A stretch of DNA of 64,000 bases from Eledone cirrhosa (lineage: Eukaryota). The stretch covers positions 10,664,001-10,728,000 of the forward strand of contig OZ024753.1 in assembly GCA_964016885.1 (NCBI GenBank), given 5' to 3'. The position numbers and the translations under genes were made by a program. Shown piece after piece: positions 56,813 through 64,000 of this stretch. The stretch's first letter is position 1. Every line of letters begins with the position of its first letter. A model generated the notes under the pieces. The model was given only the letters and a program-made list of their open reading frames with translations. It was not told where the DNA came from and ran no database searches.

Positions 56813-57007
56813 TATATATAAATAGATATATAAATATATATAAAATTTGTCTGAGTGTGTGAATCGATGTTTGTTCAGTGAGTCTACCAATAAACCCACC
56901 CGGCGATATTTTAAAACTACTATTACACACACAGACTCAAACAAACACAAACAGGCACGCATATCTGTATATATATATATATATAAAACATACTTGCATA
57001 TAAATGT

Positions 57008-57052
<45 letters not shown>

Positions 57053-57773
57053 CACACATACTTAATTTGTTTTTGATCTATCACAAATGCTGAACGAGTC
57101 AGTTGCTATGTTGATAAGAAGATAAAGACTATAACTCCCCGGTGTTTACTCTTTTTATTTTATATATATATTTTTATTCTTCAAATCTTTGGTAACTTTA
57201 GATCTCCCAGACTCGTTTTTCTGGGTTTTTCCTTCAAACATCGGGTGACTGTTTAAAAACCTATCAGTAATTGGCATGTTTCCCCTAAGGAGTTGAATTT
57301 TTACCGTTTTTTAATAATTTTCAAGAGAATGTAGGGGGAGATAAATGATACAAAGTGGTAAGGCGACAAAATATTTTCTGGGTGCAGGACTTGAAACGTG
57401 ATAAAGAAGTTTGTTTCGTATCGTGGCTTCGTGTTCAATTCCACGGTCAAGGTACCTTGGGCAAGTAAATGTCTTTTATCAGAACATCGGGTTAACAAAT
57501 GACTTGAAAGCAGAATTCAGGAAGCGACGAAATATGCGCGCGTGTGTGTGTATAGGCATATATATATATATAAACGTATATATATATATAAACGTATAAA
57601 CACCACACACACGTGCGTACCCCCACATATATACACACTCAGCCTCCGGAATCCCCCCCTCCCCTCCCACACCCCTCTGACCCCTCCCATCCACACGCAC
57701 ACCGACCTACACCCCACCCATCACACACACACCTTTTCCTGAACATGGAACCTCGTTCTTCCCCCATCTCTCA

Positions 57774-57820
<47 letters not shown>

Positions 57821-58182
57821 CCTTCAGCCCTCCCCGCTCAGACACCCCGCCTCCCTCTCCCCACTCCATCCGTCACCACCCCTACACGCCTCACACCCTT
57901 CCACCACTTGTTTATCTTCATGTTTATTTTATTTTAATTTTTTTTATTTGTACGCCTTCCACCGTTTTTCTTCCCTTTCCTCTCCCCCCCTTTTTTCTAA
58001 ATGTCTCTCCTCCACTCCCCTACACACCCTCGGAACTCTTTTCCCACCCACTTTTCGCCTGAAGAAGGGCTTATGCTCGACCCCCCCCCCCACTACTCTC
58101 ACGAGCGTGAAACTAATAAACCTTTGTTCGTACTGCCTCTCTGTTTTGTTCCCGTTCCATTTTTCACTATACGTACATACAT

Positions 58183-58214
<32 letters not shown>

Positions 58215-58784
58215 GGAAAGTTATATTTAAATTGTTGGGTTAACAACGAGTAAATATTTATAACTGATATAAAAGCACTCAACAAGTATTTGGAGTATAT
58301 TTATGATATTAAATAAATGGAAACTATATTTATAAAACCATATTTATTTCGTTATATATATTTCAGGGATATCATATTAACAATATGTTATGCCATCTTC
58401 AGACAAAATACAATATAAACAGTCTTATAAATAAATAGATACGACATACCTTTCAATCACCTTGCATTTGGGAGGTTGATTTGGTAGTCTACCAAGATAC
58501 GACATACCTTTCAATCACCTTGCATTTGGGAGGTTGATTTGGTAGTCTACCAAGATACGACATACCTTTCAATCACCTTGCATTTGGGAGGTTGATTTGG
58601 TAGACTACCAAATCAACCTCCCAAATGCAAGGTGATTGAAAGGTATGTCGTATCTATTTATTTATAAGACTGTTTATATTGTATTTTGTCTGAAGACGGC
58701 ATAACATATTGTTAATATGATATCCCTGAAATATATATAACGAAATAAATATGGTTTTATAAATATAGTTTCCATTTATTTAAT

Positions 58785-58790
<6 letters not shown>
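58215..58790 (-). mobile_element. Asymmetric foldback element P3 with inverted hammerheads and three 58-bp central repeats
   Basis: Palindrome 58302-58790, tail 58215-58301 (homolog at ~5115-5232), flanked by (TA)n. Confidence 0.8.
58683..58746 (+). ncRNA. Minimal hammerhead motif (HH6); mirror copy on the minus strand at 58346-58409
   Basis: ATTTTGT-CTGAAGA-[C/T]GGCATAACATATT gtt AATATGATATCCCT-GAAA-TATATA-TA-ACGAAAT. Confidence 0.7.
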
Positions 58791-58834
<44 letters not shown>

Positions 58835-59168
58835 GCCGTGTACCACCGGGATTCTCGGTTCCGGCTATTCGCAGAATTTTCCTTAGAACCTAACCCAAAA
58901 TAATTGTTCGGGGAAATCACTGCATATTCGCGGAATCGTAAATATCTTTCGCGATTTTTTGTGGCTCTTTTCATGGCAATATATATATATATTTTCACGC
59001 TTTTAATGCTAAATTATTAATAATATATCGTATTTGCCGGCCTATATTTTATGTTATGTTTTTGATGTTTATAGGTATTTATATAGACCACGTCCAATAT
59101 TCACGTTTTTTCACTCTTCGCGAGTACTCTAGGAACGTAAGCCCCGCGAATCCCGGAAAAAAACTATA

Positions 59169-59341
59169 TAGCGTATTTCCCGGCGTCGAAGACGCTGCTT
59201 TTTTCCTAAAATAAGTCTAAAAAATCTACCATTACGACCTGGAGGCCGAAGGTTGTTTATTATTTTTTTTCCTATTTTTGGTTATCAAAATTAGGGTGCA
59301 TCATCGAGGACGAAGCGTCTTCGGCGCCGGTAAATACGGTA
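59169..59341. mobile_element. Tc1/pogo-like MITE, inverted copy of 43746-43919
   Basis: cgtatttcccggcgtcgaagacgc ... gcgtcttcggcgccggtaaatacggta. Confidence 0.8.
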
Positions 59342-59619
59342 TATAATGTGTGTGTGGGAATGTTTATGGAAACATGTGCGTATGTGAGCGAGCATCCTCT
59401 GACGATATACATAGTGTTGGTGAACGCAAATATATATTGGCGAGAAAATCGATGTCTTTTGTACAAAGTCTATTGTGCAATTGATTCTGCAACGAGTTAT
59501 ACAAATACCCACTTCCCTGCTGCTGGGAGAAACTTCGATGAAACATGGATTAACCGGTTGGGAATCTGTAACCAAGAGCACAACCTGTGTTATATCTCAT
59601 TACGTGAATAATAGCAGCC

Positions 59620-59805
59620 AGGGATTGTCCGGCCGCGTCCTCTTCGCACCGGTCGCCGTCGAAACCTCAGGCGTACTTGGACCCGGTACAACAGTCGAGC
59701 TCCTCCACAAGATCGAGACGTCGACGGCCCGTCTGAGGAAGGAGCCTCGTGAGGTGGGCTGTCTGTTGCAGTGGGCGTCGCTGGCCATTGTTCGCGAGGC
59801 CACAA
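59620..59805 (+). pseudogene. CRE-like RLE C-terminal fragment (divergent family)
   Basis: FAPVAVETSGVLGPG...EPREVGCLLQWASLAIVR. Confidence 0.75.
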
Positions 59806-60085
59806 CCCCTTTACCGCCGCGCCCTAGACCCAGAGCCCAATTATCCCCCCCCCCCCTCCCCATTCTTCTGTGACGCTAGAGTCCTTGCCATTCCCTCCCT
59901 TTTATTCTTTATTCTTTGTATTTCTTATTGTACATTCCATTCATTCTTCTCAATCTAAATTTTATTTTCTTCCTTTTCTATAGCTTATTTCAGGTCCTCG
60001 CATCCATGTTCAAGTATTGGCCGGATATCGATTATATTTGCTACAAAAGCAATAATATAAATAATATATCGAAATCGATTCAGTC

Positions 60086-60242
60086 ATTTATATATTCACT
60101 CACCTTAAAATTTACATTAAAAAATAAAGGTTCTTCTGTCTGATCAAAAGTGATCAATCTTATCGTTCAAAATCGATACGTGTTGAATTTAAACATTGAA
60201 AAAATCTTTATAAAACAAAGAAAATTTAGACAGATAGACATA

Positions 60243-60290
<48 letters not shown>

Positions 60291-60733
60291 ATATATATAT
60301 ATGTTATACTTGTGGAGGGTCATATTGTAATAATATTGCCTGAAATAATAACAGAACACAGTTTGGTTGGTTTTCGCTTCTGTATCTTTTATATCTCCAC
60401 AGTTAATTCATTTGGCCATCAATGTTTATCATTGACTGACCAAACGGTCAAAAATACAGATATAAATATATATATTTATAGTCTATCAAAGTTCTTTCGT
60501 TGCACACCTGCAACATCATTTATATATATACACACACACATATGTCTATCTGTCTAAATTTTCTTTTTTTTTATAAAGATTTTTTCAATGTTTAAATTCA
60601 ACACGTATCGATTTTGAACGATAAGATTGATCACTTTTGATCAGACAGAAGAACCTTTATTTTTTAATGTAAATTTTAAGGTGAGTGAATATATAAATAT
60701 TATTACAACAATATGACCCTCCACAAGTATAAC
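60086..60733. repeat. Inverted duplication (60086-60260 / 60521-60699) around a PLE-like fragment related to HH5
   Basis: Direct; 60302-60336 recurs inverted at ~60698-60733. Confidence 0.85.
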
Positions 60734-60966
60734 AATATTTGTTTCGACACACGATTTCATATCAAAACCTTGCAAAACAAATATATATATATATATATAT
60801 ATTAAAGTGGGGACGTTATTACATGTAGAAAAAGTCAGTTTTAGATTTTTCAAAACATGTATTTTTAAGATCAATTATCCTTTCTTTTAGACTCATGCAC
60901 GGTGTTTTTCGATTGCATAGTTGGGGTCACTTCTGTCCTTGCTCTCTCTCCCCCTCTCTCTGTAAA

Positions 60967-61085
60967 AGCGCGTGGCTGAGTGGCAAGAGAATTGGATTCG
61001 CAATCGTGAGGTTGTGAGTTCCATTCCTGAACCGGGTGATGCTTTATGTCCTCGAGCAAGACATTTTATTTCACGTTGCTCCTTC
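60967..61085 (+). mobile_element. SINE S2
   Basis: gtggctgagtgg A-box, gagttccattcc B-box-like, gagcaagacattttatttcacgttgctcc. Confidence 0.8.
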
Positions 61086-61165
61086 TACTTGGAGTTGCAA
61101 TTTGAAAGACCAACGGTAACATTGCTTCCTCGGTTCGAATTCCGATTTGACGAAAGTCGATCGAC

Positions 61166-61241
<76 letters not shown>

Positions 61242-61659
61242 AATGTAAGTCCAGAGAATCATATTTGTGACTTTGTCTAATTTATATATATATACTCTTT
61301 GGATTTATTATATATATATGTAGAGTGATAGATATATTTCTTTATTAGCCACAAGGGCGCACAAGAAAAGGGGACAATAGAAAGACATGCCGGGGATTTT
61401 ACATACAGTCGTGTAAAAAATATAAAAACAAACAATTACAACAATCGCCACAAATGGGTTGTTTAATACCCCGTAATAGAACAACCCTCAATTCCAGGAA
61501 CGTGTTGTGCAAGTGCTCCATTCTTCCTTTTGCTCCCCTCCTCAACCTACAGGCTTATAAACAGAGAAGGCCCCATCACTCGGGCCATTTTCGCTTCATT
61601 CACCCACCTTTCAGTAAATTTACTGGGGTGCAGTGCCTCTCTCTCCACCCTGATTCTCC

Positions 61660-61668
61660 TTCTCTCTC

Positions 61669-61700
<32 letters not shown>

Positions 61701-61719
61701 GATAGATATGTTTGTGTGT

Positions 61720-61793
<74 letters not shown>

Positions 61794-61812
61794 GTATATC
61801 TATCTATATGTC

Positions 61813-61843
<31 letters not shown>

Positions 61844-61910
61844 GAATATCTATCTATATATCTACATATATATATATATGTATATATATATGAATATCTA
61901 TCTATATATC

Positions 61911-61945
<35 letters not shown>

Positions 61946-62196
61946 GAATATCTATCTATATATCTACATATATATATATATTTATATATATATGAATATC
62001 TATCTATATGTCTATATATTAAAATAACAGATTAAAGTTTAAGCAAAGAATCGCTGCTTTCACCCTTAATATATGTCTATATATATATATATGAATATCT
62101 ATCTATATGTCTCTCTCTCTCTCTCATACATATATATATATATATGTATGAATATCTATCTATATGTCTCTATATATATATATATGAATATATATC

Positions 62197-62295
<99 letters not shown>

Positions 62296-62352
62296 GAATA
62301 TCTATCTATATGTCTATATATATATGTATATATATATGAATATCTATCTATA

Positions 62353-62402
<50 letters not shown>

Positions 62403-62492
62403 TATATATATATATATATGTCTATATATATATATGTATATATATATATATGAATATCTATCTATATGTCTATATATATATATATATATATA
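61660..62492. repeat. (TA)n/(TC)n/gaatatctatctatat compound repeat
   Basis: Direct. Confidence 0.93.
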
Positions 62493-62869
62493 AAGTACGG
62501 TCAAATGAGCAAGATGTCTGACTCAACTGTGATAAAATTCTTTCGTTAAGACGTTAGTCAGAAAGACGTCGTATCTTACGAAATACCACCCCAAACATCT
62601 TTAACGTGTTTAATTATTTATTTATTTTGGTTATTTCAAATATTTTGTTATTGGAATTTAGGAATCAGTTGACTTTCTCAGTAAAACTGATTTAAATCTT
62701 GTTGTATGGCGTCTGTGTGGGTGGTGTTATCATTTGAGAGATAACCTACACGGCTGAAATTGTCGCCTGCATTTGCACATATACAGATACACACATTTGC
62801 ACACATATACACACATATTCGTGCACACACACACGTATATATATATATATACACACACACACATATATA

Positions 62870-62944
<75 letters not shown>

Positions 62945-63052
62945 CTCTCTCTCTCTCAAATATATAAATATAATAAATATATATATTTGTGTGTGTATGT
63001 ATATATAGTACTCTACCCTCACTCCAGGAGAGACACTGGCTAAACATTAGAG

Positions 63053-63092
<40 letters not shown>

Positions 63093-63133
63093 CTACCCCC
63101 CACCCCAGGAGGGACACTGGCTAAACATTAGAG

Positions 63134-63175
<42 letters not shown>

Positions 63176-63251
63176 ATGTGTAAAATGTAAACAGAAATAA
63201 CAACACAATCGGTACATATATACCAGGAGAGACATTGGTTAAACATTACAG

Positions 63252-63289
<38 letters not shown>

Positions 63290-63395
63290 CTGTAATGTTT
63301 AGCCAGTGTCTCTCCTGGGGGGTGAGGTGGAAAAAGAGGGGATGTTAATGGCTACAATGTTTATGACTGTGAGTACTATTTTGCGACGAATATAC

Positions 63396-63425
<30 letters not shown>

Positions 63426-63426
<1 letters not shown>

Positions 63427-63615
63427 GGAACGAGTAGGACCCCGACGGCTGAGCTCAAGCCGTTTCGACGGCTAATTCTGGACTGAATTAGCCGTCGAAA
63501 CGGCTTGAGTTCAGCCGTCGGGGTCCTACTCGTTCCTATTACCCACTCGACTACCCTAAGTATTGAGTACTTTGGTGCGTTATGGTCCACCTGGTTCCTT
63601 ACCACATTTCCTCCG

Positions 63616-63617
<2 letters not shown>
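63426..63617 (+). mobile_element. P1 palindromic element copy 5
   Basis: Palindrome 63424-63539 plus tail, in (TA)n. Confidence 0.8.
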
Positions 63618-63654
<37 letters not shown>

Positions 63655-64000
63655 AGATAAATCTAAAAAACAAGAACAAAAAATAAACAATGTTTACTGC
63701 CATATATTTGTATCTTTTCTCTGGAGATATCAAGCCCTACATTCACACAACATGGCATTTAACCCCTTGAAAGTTGTTTGTGTTTGTTGTTGGGTTGCTT
63801 TTCGTCTCTCTCCATAAACTATGCGACATAAACATCTCTATTCAAAGTAGTACTTTTATACTCTTATTGTAAGTTTAAAATAAGTTGATCCTAAATATAA
63901 AATGGTGACCTTTGTTTATTTACCTTAGAATCTGAGAATGTGAGACGAAGAGGCTACGATAAGAGAATATCAACTACAAAACAAGTGAATAAATGAAATA

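Noticed and set aside
58059-58080. CTGAAGA-A-GGGC-ttat-GCTC-GA hammerhead 5' half
   Set aside because: GAAA, stem III and UH are replaced by a C-run; at best a broken relic
59398-59460. CTGACGA...GAAAATCGATGTC possible hammerhead
   Set aside because: Stems I and II do not pair convincingly
62678-62768. Possible minus-strand terminal exon (GDNFSRVGYLSNDNTTHTDAIQQDLNQFY*)
   Set aside because: No homology recognisable and a weak acceptor context

Overview
AT-rich, repeat-saturated eukaryotic DNA, very probably cephalopod (octopus-like tRNA-derived SINEs and huge (TA)n/(CA)n tracts). I found no intact host gene, and almost all listed ORFs are microsatellite artefacts. The window holds minisatellites and satellites, SINEs, hAT, Tc1-pogo and piggyBac-like MITEs, a non-autonomous Helitron, LINE fragments (RTE, CR1/L2-like RT and PHD ORF1, CRE-like RLE) and decayed Penelope-like element (PLE) coding remnants. 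The main unexplained signal is a dense set of sequence-divergent minimal type-I hammerhead ribozyme motifs: six complete loci at 15.9, 20.2, 55.2, 55.5, 56.3 and 58.3/58.7 kb, plus half-motifs. Several sit in short elements embedded in (TA)n that form asymmetric fold-back palindromes and show traces of template switching. Other notable items are a 2A-like ribosomal-skip motif (GCVELNPGP) in an orphan ORF, a ~9.8 kb foldback structure, and a LINE PHD-ORF1 fragment enclosed by 175-bp inverted repeats. All structures were read by eye, with no computation or database search.
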